64,000 bases of DNA from Cetorhinus maximus (taxonomy: Eukaryota). A program made the position numbers and the translations under genes. Below, one piece after another: positions 22,650 to 36,177 of the stretch (its first letter is position 1; each line of letters starts with the position of its first letter). The notes beneath the pieces are model-generated. The model was not told where the DNA came from, searched no databases, and worked only from the letters and a program-made list of their open reading frames with translations. The stretch is from the NCBI RefSeq assembly GCF_964194155.1, contig NC_135897.1, positions 83,948,001-84,012,000 of the forward strand, in the 5' to 3' direction.

Positions 22650-23695
22650 CATGGGTGTGGGTGTCACTGACTAGGCCAGCATTTATTGCCCATCCCTAAT
22701 TGCCCTTGAGGAGGTGATGGTGAGCTGCCTTCTTGAACCGCTGCAGTCCATGTGGTGTAGGTACACCCACAGTGCTGTTAGGGAGGGAGATCCAGGATTT
22801 TGACCCAGTGACAGTGAAAGAACGGCAATATATTTCCAAGTCAGGATGGTGAGTGGTTTGCAGGGGAATTTCCAGGTGGTGGTGTTCCCATGTGTCTACT
22901 GCCCCTGCCCTTCTAGATGGTAACGGACCTGGGTTTTGAAGGTGCTGCCTAAGGTGAGTTCCTGCAATGCATCTTGTAGATGGTACACACTGGTGCCACT
23001 GTATGTCAGTGATGAAGGGAGTGAATATGTGTGGATGTGCACTTCATATAAAATGCTTGCATAACCAGCACCCATATCTCTGTTTAGTTAGAGCAACTGC
23101 CCCACTGAGCAACTTCCCTTACTGTCAGCTAGCATATCAATTTTTAAATTTTTTTTCATGGGATGTGAGCGTCACTGGTCAAGCAAACATTTGTTGCTCA
23201 TTCCTAATTGCCCTTGAGAATGTGGTGGTGAGCCGCTTCAGTCCATCTGAAGTAGATAGACCCACAGTGCAGCTAGGAAGGGAGTTCCTGAATTTTGACC
23301 CAGTGACAGTGAAGGAATAGTGATATAGTTCCAAGTCAGCATGCTGAGTGACTTGGAGGGGAACTTGCAGGTGATCGTGTCCCCATGCATCTGCTGCCCT
23401 TGCCCTTCTAGGTGGTGGAGGTCGCAGGTTTGGAAGGTGCTGTCAAAGGATCCTTGGTGAGTTGCTGCAGTGCATCTTGTATATGGTACATGCTGCTGTC
23501 ACTGTGCACAGGTAGTGGAGGCAGTGAATCATTAAGCGGTGGATGAGGTGTTGACCACTTTGTCCTGGATGGTGTAGAGCTTCTTGAGTGTTATTGGAGC
23601 TGCACTCATTGAGGAAGGTGGAGTGTATTTCATTACACTTCTGACTTGTGCCTTGTAAATGTTGGACTTCTTAGGGAGTCTGGAGATGAGTTACT
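22650..23695 (-). mobile_element. Two adjacent 3' ends of the second LINE family
   Basis: GTCACTG..GGCCAGCATTTATTGCCCATCCCTAATTGCCCTTGAG..GATTTTGACCCAGTGACAGTGAA at ~22650 and again at ~23155; continues into the coding sequence seen at 9945-10845. Confidence 0.8.
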
Positions 23696-23699
23696 CATA

Positions 23700-24213
23700 C
23701 GAACATATAAACTAGGAGCAGGAGTAGCCCAGTCAGCCCTTCAAGCCTGCACCACCATTCAATAAGGACATGATCTGATTGTAACCTCCCGCCTACCCCC
23801 AATAACCTGTCACCCCTTGTTAATCAAGAATCTACCTAGCTCTGCCTTAAAAATATTCAAAGACTCTGCTTCCACTGCTTTTTGAGGAAGAGAGTTCCTA
23901 AGACTCACGACCAACTGAGAGAAAAAAATTCTCCTCATCTCTGTCTTAAATGAGCGACCCCTTATTTTTAAACAGTGACCCCTAGTTCTCGATTCTCCCA
24001 CAAGAGGAAACATCCTTTCCACATCCACCCTCAGGACCTTAAAGGTTTTGATCAAGTCACCTCTTAGTCTTCTACACTCCAGTAGATACACGCCTAACCT
24101 GTCCACCCTTTCCTCATAAGACACCTCGCCCATTCCTGGTATTGGCCTGGTAAACCTTCTCTGAACTGCTTCTAACGCATTTACATCTTTCCTTAAATAA
24201 GGAGACCAATACT
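23700..24213 (-). mobile_element. CR1 3' fragment
   Basis: ORF 23810-24133 SYEERVDRLG..RRLRGDLIKTFK..FPLVGESRTRGH..NSLPQKAVEA. Confidence 0.9.
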
Positions 24214-26510
24214 GGATATTCTCAGATCAAAATGGAAGGTCTGTCGATTATTTTTGGTGTAAAAAATTTCCACCAATACATGCATGGGCAACATTTCACG
24301 ATAGTATCAGACCACAAACCACTTTTGGGTCTGATAAGCGAGGAAAAGGCTATACCTCCCATTTCTTCTGCACAAATTCAAAGATGGGCCCTAATTTTAG
24401 TGGCATATGAATACACCTTTGTGCAGAGACCGGGGATTTACATGGCCAATGCTGATGCCTGAGGTTGCCTTCCTTTGCAAGAGAATAATGACCATGTCCC
24501 AATTCCCCGAGAGCTCGTAATGGTAATGAATTTCTTGGATTCCTCACCAGTCTGTGCAAGGCAGATAAGAAACTGGAGGAATTGTGGTCCAGTCCTGTCT
24601 CGAGTGAGAGACCAAGTGTTACATGGATGGTCCCAGGAACCAGTCTCTGATGAATTGAAGCCATTTTTCAACCGAAGACATGAGATGAGTATCAAGATGG
24701 TATTCTATTATGGGCTGCACGAGTAGTAGTTCCTTCACAAGGAAGGAAACCACTCTTAGCAGAGCTACACAGTGCCCATCCAGGAATTTCAAGAATGAAG
24801 ATGATCGCGCGAAGTTATCTTTGGTGGCCGGGGATGGACGGCGATATTGAGAAGGTGGTTAAACACTGTGTACAATGTCAACAGCTACAAAAGTTGCTGG
24901 TGGCAGCCCTGTTACGACCATAGGAGTGGCCTGGTAGACCCTGGGTGCGATTGCACATTGATTATGTTGGTCCTTTCCTTGAAACCATGTTTCTATTGAT
25001 TATAGATGCTCATTCAAGTGGTTAGACATTTATAAGATTAAGTTGCCAATGTCAGGTGTGACGATAGAAAAACTACGCCAAAGCTTCGCTATCCATGGAT
25101 TGCCAGAGGTAATTGTCTTCGATAATGATACTGTGTTTACGAGTGCTGAATTTCAACAGTTTGGCAGCCTAAATGGTATCAACACCGTGAAGAACTTTCT
25201 CATTTTTTTTTTTAGCCTTTTTTTTGTTTTCCTAAAGCGTCATTAATGCATTTGTTTTTATAACTTGTTCTCCTTCATTCTTGCTTTCACCTTGTATTTC
25301 TATTTCCAGCTTTCACTAAATAAACTCATTAATTTTTGAAAGCCGGTTTGCCGCATTTCTTAAGGCTGTCCCAGTTTTGAATTCCCCATTTTCCTCTCTC
25401 TCCCATTGCTATTATTTCCTTTCATCCTCACACTGCCTCACTCTGCTCCTTCTCCTACGGATGATATGCTAGAACTGGGAAGTTCAGCCGTGTACCATCC
25501 GTCATCTAACGGACTGGCGGAAAGAGTAGGACAAACGTTTAAGTTGAGAATGAAAAAGTTAACAGGTGAATTGCTGGAAACTAGACTTGCTCGTTTCCTA
25601 TTTCACTACAGGACAACTCCTCTACACAATGACAAGTGCAACACCTGCAAAATTACTGATAGGCCTGGTAGCCCCTGGGTGAGATAGCACATAAATTACG
25701 TTGGTCCTTTTTTTAGAACCATGTTTCTACTGATTATAGATGTTCATTCCAAGTGGCTAGACATTTATGAGGTAAAGTCGCCAACGTCTTCGAACAAGAC
25801 TAAGCCTGATACTTCTCAATTTGGAGGGGAAGTTGGAGAAAAGTCAAGGGAATCAAAAAGCGACTCATGATTTGCACAGTCGTGAGTGACAATTTACTGT
25901 CGGAGAAGCAGTATAGGTAAGGAATTTCGGTGGAGGACTGAAGGGGTTACCTGGTAAAGTAAGCTGAGTGACTGGACCATTGTCGTACCACGTGGAAGTA
26001 GAGGGCCAGATCACCTGTAAGCATGTGGATTATTTAAGAAGAAGGGAGATACCCCAACAAAATGATGTTCCACCTGTAACCATTGCTGAACCTGTGGTTC
26101 CTTTTGAAGTTGCACAACCAAGGATAAACATGCCCAATGTCTCTGTCGGAGTGGAAGACACTGAGCTGCCTGTGCCTAATGAGGTACCTGATGTTAATAC
26201 GGTTCCAGAGAATGTGTTCCTGTCAAAGAATCGGAAGCCGTGGAGCTGCGACATTCCACATAGATCAGGAAACCACCTGAAAGACTGAACTTGTAATTTC
26301 ATGACCTGTGTAAATATTGTAATGTCATGAGATAAATATCCTTGTAAATAGAAAATGTACTGTAAAGTCAAAGGGGGAGGAATGTAGTAATCATAGTTTT
26401 GATAAACGTAGGACTGTAGCTTTAAGAATAATCCTGTATTGTAAAATCACATGATATGTGTAAACCAATGAGTTAGCAGCCCGGGGAACCTCTAGGAGGG
26501 AGTTCTTCTT
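24214..26510 (+). mobile_element. Second decayed Gypsy element (RNase H, integrase, PPT, partial 3' LTR), related to 1-3859
   Basis: SDHKPLLGL..IQRWAL, HPG..ARSYLWWPG..C..C, YHPSSNGLAER, RLARFLFHYRTTP, GPLSYHVEV; PPT AAAGGGGGAGGAA (26370-26382) followed by TGTAGT (26383). Confidence 0.92.
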
Positions 26511-26518
26511 TAATTATA

Positions 26519-26900
26519 GGCCTGGATTTTTCCTATGGCGGGCGGGCTGGGCGGGTGCGGGCGGCAGCAGGCAGGTCGCCGCCCGCAATCGGCTGCACGC
26601 CGCCATTTTATGCAGGCAGGCCAATTAAGGCCCACCCAGCATAACTCGCAGCCGATGGTGCTCAGCGTTATCTGTGCGGGCTGGTGGAGGAGGGAGAGTT
26701 GGGGCCTCGGGGAGATTGAATAGAGAATAAAACATTTTAATAAATGATGTAAAAATTGATTTAAACAAGTCCCCTCATTTGACAGTGTCATATGAGTTGG
26801 GACATGTTTGTGAAGATGGGTAATTTAATTTATTGATTTTATAAAAGCTTCAGGAAACCTCACCCCGCCCGTGGATGAGGTTTCCTGAAAAAACGCGAAC
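26519..26900 (+). mobile_element. Truncated non-autonomous DNA transposon (Harbinger/PIF-like)
   Basis: Starts GGCCTGGATTTT; GGCCAATTAAGGCCC and GCTCAGCG.TATCTGTGCGGGC motifs shared with 39382-40047 and 55657-56060; cut off at (TA)n. Confidence 0.6.
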
Positions 26901-26901
26901 C

Positions 26902-27162
26902 ATATATATATATATATATATATATATATTGCCATTCCTTCACTGTCACTGGGTCAAAATCCTGAAACTCCCATCCGAACAGCTCTAGTTGTAGGGGTAT
27001 ACCTACACCACATGAACTGTAGAGGTTCAAGAAGTTGGCTCACGACCACTTTCTCAAGGGCAGTTAAAGATGGGCAACATTTATATTGCATCTTTCATGA
27101 CCTCAGAATATCCTAAAATGCTTTACGACCAATTAAAAACTTTTTGACATTATCATGTAGGA
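26902..27162 (+). repeat. Left arm of a long inverted repeat, including (TA)n
   Basis: Reverse complement of 28767-29020 with about 6 mismatches outside the TA run. Confidence 0.92.
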
Positions 27163-28449
27163 TGATAGTAATTTTCCTGAGCTCCCCCCTCCCTTCTATT
27201 TCGTGATTTACAGCTATTCCTGGGATGTTACTCATATCCTCTACGACCTTCAATATTTACATGGCTGGTCCAATTCAGTTCCTGGCCAATGATAACCCCC
27301 AGGATGTTGATATTGGGGGATTCAGCGATGGTAATGCCACTGAATGTCAAGGGGAGGTGGTTGGATTCTGTCTAGTTGGAGATGGTCATTGCCTGCCAAT
27401 TGTGTCGCGCGAATGTTATTTGCCACTTATTCAAGCCTGAATGTTATCTAGGTCTTGCTGCATATGGACACGCACTGCTTCAGCATCTGAGGAGTTGTCA
27501 ATTAGAACTGCGGACTTCAGCTTCATAGGCGCAGTTGGACTCCAGCTCATGCCAGGCAGGATTGGTTAGTTGGCTGGCAAGCAACAGCAAGATATGAGGT
27601 GGCAGGAAGCTACTGCCATCTGCGACCTGAAGGAATGGTCCGCAGGACCCAGGGAAATGGTTTGAGGATGCTGTCTCTCTCATCCTGGCAGATTCCCATC
27701 TCCTCCTCTTTCCCCTGAAATGCCTGACTCATTTCTTCTTCAGACGCAATGATAGGATTCATTGTCCAAAGACATTGGGGTGTAAATAACTCACTCATTC
27801 TTTTGAAGACCACTTCTTTTTCTCAGGTTTGAGGAATGAAGACATCAGAGGATATACTGATAATTTACTGACATGTTAAAATATGAAAGGCATTGTGACA
27901 TTGGCATTGGTGTTGCTTTAACCTACATAACAAGTATTTGGTAATGTTAAACTCCATATATGTTTGAAAAATTAACTTACTAGAGGAGCAGTCAATTCTT
28001 TTTTTAGTTTTCACCCTATCTCAGGTACCATGTTTTGCTTCACCCAGTTTTTACTTATCGGCCTAGGGTGTGAATGTTGGAAGGTCATTTGAACCTTGGA
28101 GGAGAGACGAAACCACAGCTAAATCTGGTGCCACCTTCATCGAACATTCACCCTGGAGCTTTTTCCTGGAGGAGTGACTGGATAATGATTAGGAAAGGGA
28201 CTGTGGCATTGTTTTCACTTGCACAGCCTAAGGGAGCTAAAGATAAATCAATCACTTTAACTATTGTGCTGGCTAACGTCAGCTAACTCAGTAGACAGAG
28301 TGTGAATGTGAGATGTTCCTGTTCTGAATGGTTCAGAACCACGCCATTTACTCACTAAACCATCATGTGTCCAAGATGGACAATCTATGCCTAAGAATTT
28401 ATTTAGGGCTCAGTGCTTTGAGGCTGAGCTGAGAACTCAAGATGTCAGA

Positions 28450-28855
28450 CTTGGCTTCAGTAGTAGCCACTCTCCTCTCTGCAGTCTGAAGTTTGTGGGT
28501 TCAAGACTTGTTTCGGTGACCTGAGCACATAATCGAGGGACACTACAGTTCAATATAAAGGGAATGCTGCACTGGCTGAGGCGCCATCTTTCAGATGTGA
28601 TGTGAAACCAAAGCCCTGCCTTTACTCTCAGCTATGTGACATTATTTGAAAAAGGGCAGGGGCAACATTTACCTCTCAACAAATATCATTAAAGAAGAAA
28701 AACAGTCATTATCTGATTGTTGATTTGGGGGTGGGGGGGGTGGGGTTTGCTCTGTATAAATTGGCTTCCTACATGATAATGTCAAAAAGTTTTTAATCGG
28801 TCGTAAAGCATTTTAGGATATTCTGAGGTCATGAAAGATGCAATATAAATGTTGC
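28450..28855 (+). mobile_element. Deu-domain SINE
   Basis: TGGCTTCAGTAGTAG / GGGTTCAAGAC head, GCCATCTTTCAGATGTG core, GTAAAGCATTTTAGGA..CAATATAAATG tail. Confidence 0.7.
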
Positions 28856-29020
28856 CCATCTTTAACTGCCCTTGAGAAAGTGGCCGTGAGCCAACTTTTT
28901 GAACCTCTACAGTTTATGTGGTGTAGGTATACCCCTACAACTAGTGCTGTTCAGATGGGAGTTTCAGGATTTTGACCCAGTGACAGTGAAGGAATGGCAA
29001 TATATATATATATATATATA
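28767..29020 (-). repeat. Right arm of the long inverted repeat
   Basis: See 26902-27162; spans a SINE-tail/LINE-tail junction and ends in (TA)n. Confidence 0.92.
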
Positions 29021-30597
29021 GTTCCAAGTCAGGATGGTGCTTGGAACTAGTTACAGCCTACTAACCTGATAATGCCTCATTCTTTCTCACAGTCTGCTTT
29101 CTGCCCATTAATCAATCCTTAGATGGAGCTAATATATTACCCCCAACCTCCGAGTCGTTCTCTTGAATAATAACCTTTTGTGTAGCACGTTGTTGAATGC
29201 CTTTTTGGAAATATGTATATGTTTGTAAAAAAAAATAATTTTAATTTGTCCAAAAGTAGCACAATCTTAACAATAATAACATACTTTTGTCCCACCCAGC
29301 ACTGCATTATTTGGTAGACACTGGTGCAGTATTGCCATAGGAAGATTTATTGTTAACACTGCAGCAACTGCTTAGCAAGGCTTTACACAATGGCTGTTTA
29401 CTGCCATCTATGGGAGAAGCAAAGATTTCCAGAATTCAAAAGGATAAGGATAAGGATCATACAAACCAAGTGCTCAAAATCTCGGCCTGCAATCTCTACT
29501 AATCAAGGCTTAGCCAAAACTCTAGTTTCAAGACGCGCCAGGGCTTAGCGCTTTGGCTGATAAAGTTTGACCAACCTGGATTGAAATTGGATTTAGCAGA
29601 CATTGTGCTGATAATCCAAATGGCTTTTAGATCCCCTTGTGCTGCATCTGTTACCTCAGGTTCTGCCATAGCTTTGTACAATTAAAAGCATCTGACAAGG
29701 TTGAATGCCAGTTTTTATTTCCCACATTAAGCAATCAAGTTTGGAGCAGATACAGGTGATATATCAGAGTTCCAAAGGGCGTCCAGTTGGGAGGATACAT
29801 GGTTTGGGGCAAATTGTGCCAAGGCCTATTCGACATTCAATTCTTTTGACAGCAATAAAACTAATACTGCCAGTGTGAGCGGTAAATAGGGTGCGGGGGA
29901 GTTTCCGTTCAAACACTTAGCATGTTAGCATGGGAACACCCAGACTCCTGGATCAAGGCCTGAAGCACAAAAATGAGCACAAACCTCAAGGAGTAAGTTA
30001 ATGTATCAAAATTAATATACAGCAGAACAACCTCCTTAGCTTAGAATTATTGGCCTCTTCCTTTCTGCATTTGTCTTACTTGACTGAAAATCAGGCATGT
30101 CTTTTCATTCGGAGAGTTATTAAAGCCATTACCATTGCACATCAAGGAACAGCTAAAGACACATTCCCACACCCATGCAAGTCAAAAGGTTTCGCCAGGC
30201 AGCGTTGACCCCTATGAAGGGGCTGATCAAGTTTAATACCTTGGGGAGCTGGAGGTGTATTTACCAGTGCTTTTCCTAAATTTGCCTCAGGTGTTTTTGT
30301 TTTTAAAACCTGTTGCCAAAAGATGGTACGAGGAGGACCAGGTGAGTTGGAGGTTGGAGTGGAAGTCAATGGTGGATGCCCCTACCCCGGAAGAAGATCG
30401 TAACATCCTGTTGTCCTATCTTACCATGTGCAGCAGGGTTTAATTCTCGCTAAGTGTACCGTCTAGCTTTCTGCATTAACGTTAACATGCAGCATGTCTT
30501 TAAGGTGTTGCAAGCAAAAGGAAAAATCATTTTGTCTGCTTCTATAATGAATAAACTAAACATATCCCAAAATATCATTTGGGGGGGTGGGTGGGGT

Positions 30598-30985
30598 GTT
30601 GGTGTAGAGGTAATGTCACTGGACTAGTAATCCAGAAACCCAGGCTAATGATCTGGGAGTATGAGTTCAAATCCCAACTTGGCAGCTGGTGGATATTTTA
30701 TTCAAATAATAAACCTGGAACATAAAGCTAGGTTAAAGAATTATGACCATGAAACCATCATCGATTGTTGTAAAAATCTATCTGCTTCACTAATGTCTTT
30801 TAGGGAAGGAAATCTGCCGTCCTTACCTGGTCTGGCTTACATGTGACTCCAGACCCACAGTAATGTGATTGACTCTTAACTGCCCTCTGAAATGGCCTAG
30901 CAAGCCACTCAGTTCAAGGGCACTTAGGGATGGACAATAAATGCTGACCTTCTCAGCAATGCCCACATCCCATGAAAGAATATAT
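30598..30985 (+). mobile_element. tRNA-derived SINE with a 3' tail shared with the second LINE family
   Basis: GGTGTAGAGGTAATG / GAGTTCAAATCCC boxes; ends AAGGGCACTTAGGGATGGACAATAAATGCTG..GCCCACATCCCATGAAAGAAT. Confidence 0.8.
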
Positions 30986-31313
30986 TTTTTTAAAAACCCA
31001 CTTATAACAAATAGGAACCACCAGCTGCTTTAGGCGTCAATGCCTGTTGTTCTGAAAATGATGTTTCATTTTGTGGGAAAATTGCGATTTGAAAAATGTT
31101 AATGGTTTAAATTTTTCATCCTGATTGAAACAGTTGATTAGAATTCGTTTTCTGGCCTGAACTTTGGTAATGTTTCTCAACTGGATGAAATCTTATTTGG
31201 AGCTAATATTTAATAAAGCGTTTTCCTGTGGTTTTTGTACGTCATTTTTTTTTTACACAGTTTTCACCAACTCAGTGTTTACTCTGTTGAACTGTGTTCT
31301 TTGAAAATTCAGT

Positions 31314-32787
31314 GGCCCAGGTTTTCGCGCCCCCCCCACCCCCAGTCGGGCACAAAGAGACGGGAGGATTCCCGGCTCCACAAACCCAATCTTTAAAAGT
31401 TGCTGCCCAGGCGTTGGATTTTCAAAACGATGTGGGTGGGAAGGGCTAGTTCAAAGGTCAGGGCGGGCCGACCCGGGAAGAACTGAGGAGGATGCTGGGT
31501 GCAGAGGTGCACTGGGCGGAAGGCCTGCCTCGGGGATCCAGCACTGTGTCCATAGTTCAAAACTAAACATTAAAACATGAAACTTTCCTCCAGCTCTCAC
31601 CCCTCGCTCACCCACATACTCCCTGTGCCCCATCCATGCCTACCCGTGCCACCTCATGCCCTTCCACTCAACCCCCTTGGCCCCCTCATATTCTCTATCC
31701 CAATCTATGCCCACCTATGCACCCCTCCCATGGCCCTTTCTAGCCCCTAGGCCAACCTAGTGCCAACTCATGCCAACCAATGCCCCCACCCACCACCCTT
31801 ATCCTTTACACCTACCATGCCAACTCACCTGGTATCCATCATGGGCAGACCTCAGGACCCATGCAGAGGAGAGATAAAATATAGTTCTTTAAAATAAAGT
31901 TCTAAGTGTCTATTGCAGACTTCACTATATTGAAAAAAACGCTATCATTCATAAAAACCTATTTACTACATTTACATTCCTTCAACTAAATAAAGCCTTC
32001 TAATAACAAACATTTCATTCAAATGCACAATCTCTTATACCAACAAGCCTTGGAATTCATAGTCCCACATCAAAGGATCTATAACCCCTTGTACCTGTCA
32101 ATCGAACTGTGAAATGGCAGGAACGCCGCTGTGATAATGGATGGTTGTGAAATTAATCATGCAGCACGAATCCAGAAATGGAAACTCTCAGGATTACGTT
32201 AGCAGACAGAGTGAAATAGCAAGCAATAATTTTTTTTAACACTCCAGATGTTTTTTCAAAGATTTAAAGGGCAGGGCTTTTAAATGCCTTGACAGCTTGA
32301 CAGTTTTGACAGTTGATTTTGACAGGTGTGTTGACAGCTCCAATGAGCTTGACAGTAATGAGTTTATGCACTTTTTACGCACATTTACGCCTACTTTTAA
32401 CAAATTAAAAAGTGCTTAACCTACCCCTAAGGGCGCCTTACCTCCCCCAAAGATGTCCTGGACCCATATCCAAAGGGATACCTTACCTCTCCTAAAGGGG
32501 CACCCTGGCTATCCAAATGCATCCACAAAGTTCAGATTTTCTTTTACTTGGTCTAATCTGCACACTTGGTTTTGCATTCCTGGCCTACCAAAATCCCACT
32601 TCAATGGAGGCAGCTGATGAATTTAATGGCCAGCTACCCCCATAAATTGCACATGTGCTAAATGTGCCCTACTCCCATGAACATGGGAAGTGCCATTTTT
32701 GGGGTCGGGAATTTTGGTCAATTCTGGGTCAGTATTTGGGTTACCCTATGATTTCTATGTTCAGTTGCAATGGAGGACAGTCAGGCC
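31314..32787. mobile_element. Probable ~1.5-kb non-autonomous DNA transposon with internal (ATGCCC/A)-like degenerate repeats
   Basis: GGCCCAGGTTTT start and ..TCAGGCCC end resemble the Harbinger-like termini; C-rich degenerate repeats at 31600-31850. Confidence 0.4.
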
Positions 32788-33039
32788 CAATTACAGTAGC
32801 TACCATTAAAAAACACAGGTTAGAATTTGCTATAAAAATAACAGTTTCACAAACAGCATCTTGCTCTTAACCTGTCCATTTTTTTTAGGAAATTGTCGTG
32901 CTTGCTTATTAAACCTGCCACAGAAAGTTGTGTCTTATAATTGCAAATCTGATGCTACGTTGGCTTTTGGGATGGGCAATAAATGCTGGCCCAGCCAGTG
33001 AAACCCACATCCTGTGAACAAATAAAAAAAAACTGCAAC

Positions 33040-33650
33040 AAGTGGTGTGTTGGCCTTTATTACAAAAGGGTTTGGACTATAAAAGTGCAGGGCTTTGGTC
33101 AGATCCTATCTAGAGTACTGTGCACAGCTTTGCCCTTCCTATCTAAGGATGGGTGCACTTGCCTTGGAGGGGCTGCAAGGAAGGTTCACTAGACTGATTC
33201 CTGGGCTGAGAGGGTTGTCCTATGAGAAGAGATTGAGTTGAATGGATCTAGGCTTTCTGGAGTTTAGAGGAATTAAAGGAGATCTCAATGAAACATAAGA
33301 TTCTGAGAGAGCAGAACTGCGTAGATGCTGAGAGGCTATTCCCACTGGTTGGAGAGTCTAGAACTAGGGGCCATGTTCTCAGGATAAGGGGTCAGCCATT
33401 TAGAACAGCAAAGAGGAGAAACGCCCGCACTCAGAGGGTTGTGAATCTTTGGAATTCTGTACCCCAGAGGGCAATGGGTACTCTGTTCTTGAACAATTTA
33501 AGACTAATGTAGATAGATTTTGGACTCCAAGGAAAATCAAGGGATATGGAGATCAGATGGGAAAATGGAGTTGAGGTTGAAGATGAGCCATGATTTTATT
33601 GAATGGTGGAGCTGGCTCAAGGGACAGGCTGGCCTGTTCCTATTTCTTAT
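33040..33650 (+). mobile_element. CR1 3' fragment
   Basis: ORF 33288-33512 VDAERLFPLVGESRTRGH..QRVVNLWNS plus 3' UTR. Confidence 0.85.
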
Positions 33651-34456
33651 CTTTATATGGTTTTAAGTAACCTTTCAACAGCTTGGTAAGTGTTTATTAT
33701 TGCCAGTCAATCTCTCTGGCTCTGAAAATTAGCTATTACAAGTGTTGAATCTCATTCCTTCAGGTTTTGAATTTTTGGGGGAAATCTAAAAGATGCCAAA
33801 TTTTAAGTGTCATCTGTTTACTTTTCCTTTATCTTTTTCTCTCTCTTGTACTTCAATCTTTCTATTATTATTTCTCTTTCTGTAACTGATTTGACATTGA
33901 AATCATTTCCTTTATTTAACCCCCTTTCTCAGTCCTTCCTGTATTTATTTCCCAAACCTTCTGTCTGACTAGTTAAGGAGATACCCTCTTGACTGCCTTG
34001 TTCACTCAAGTCCTTTTGCCCTCGTTGTGCCTTTATCCGGGCAAACGTTCAGCAAACCTGTGGGCAAAATATTTTTTGAGCTGAAGGGTGCAAAGGCAAG
34101 TCTAACTAATGGCAGACACAGCTAGATGCTCTTCTACCCAAGATCTGGCCCTCTTGTACAAACCATGGGAGGTCAACCAATCAAATCCTTTGTTAGGTTA
34201 GCAGCAACAGAGAATTCTCCATTGTGTTTTTAACTGGAACAGCTGCAAAGGATGTGAAAGACTAAGGAATGGCTCAAATGCTAGTGGAAACTGTGATTGA
34301 ACAGTATTGTGACTCTGCCTGTGCAGTACCAAGGAACTGAGGGTAGACAGACAATGAAGGACTTGAACTGCCGGTCCTCAGTCTCCCGATACAACACGGT
34401 TGGTCGGTCATATGTTGTTGTTTAACAATCTTCTGTCAAACCCCTGCTATTTCCCT

Positions 34457-34615
<159 letters not shown>

Positions 34616-35179
34616 TTAAAATTAACATTCTGTGGATAGTGGGAGGGAAGGAAGACTGATGGACGCCAGGTCTAAATGGTGAATGATTAGCACAAACACT
34701 GGAAGGTGAAATGCAGGTGTTCTTGAAGCAGAGAGCTCGGGAGAAGAGAAACAGAAAGAACTGAAGCGACACAGAAATAACACGGCAGAATCAATGAAGC
34801 TGAGAAAGCAATGTAATATTCGGGAATGTTAAGATAAAACAATGACGTGGAATTGCCCTGGCAGTTCCTTGCTGGGAAATCATTGGAAGCTCCCCTATGT
34901 ACTCAGAGCAACAGTGTCTCAATCCCTTTGTGTGGTTTCTTCAGCATTTTGTCAGTTGCCTGATAAAGTTACAATGGGAGAGCACACGGAAATTCTCCCC
35001 CTGGTGTTGTCAAGGTATTTTCTCCCCGTCCTCTCACTTGGATTCCCTGGCTAAGCGGGACTGGCCATTCAGGTTACCACCTGTTATGCTTTTGGCAGTG
35101 GTTGTATGGGATTTCACAAGCTAGACATTGTGTACGAATGAGGAAGAAACTGACACGCTGTATTCACAACTAATAAGAA

Positions 35180-35851
<672 letters not shown>

Positions 35852-36177
35852 TCACGTTGAAGATTAAAGGTAACATCTTTTCTTGTTGTACCAGCTTTCA
35901 CTAGATTCTCTGACCTCTGTAGCAGCGATCGCTGAGACAGCTAAAGAACAAACAGCCACTGGGTCCCTGTCAGTGTTAAAAGAAACCTAAGGTTGACGGC
36001 GGGGGATAGTTGGACATGTCCCAGGGTTCCACTGTCTCCGGGGCACATGACATTGTGACGCAGGCAAAGCAAATGGGAGATGCATTCGTGCGCTCATCTG
36101 GCGGGCAAGGAGACCATTCGACCCATCCTGCCAGTGCCAGCTCTTTGCAAGAGCTATCCAATTAGTCCCACACCCCT

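Noticed and set aside
27498-27813. Coding-looking minus-strand ORFs inside the inverted-repeat loop
   Set aside because: No recognisable homology, nearby stops and no convincing splice-site pair
30291-30341. 51-nt plus-strand segment between cctcag| and |gtgagt (possible lncRNA exon)
   Set aside because: Isolated splice-like pair with no partner exon or homology; expected by chance in 64 kb
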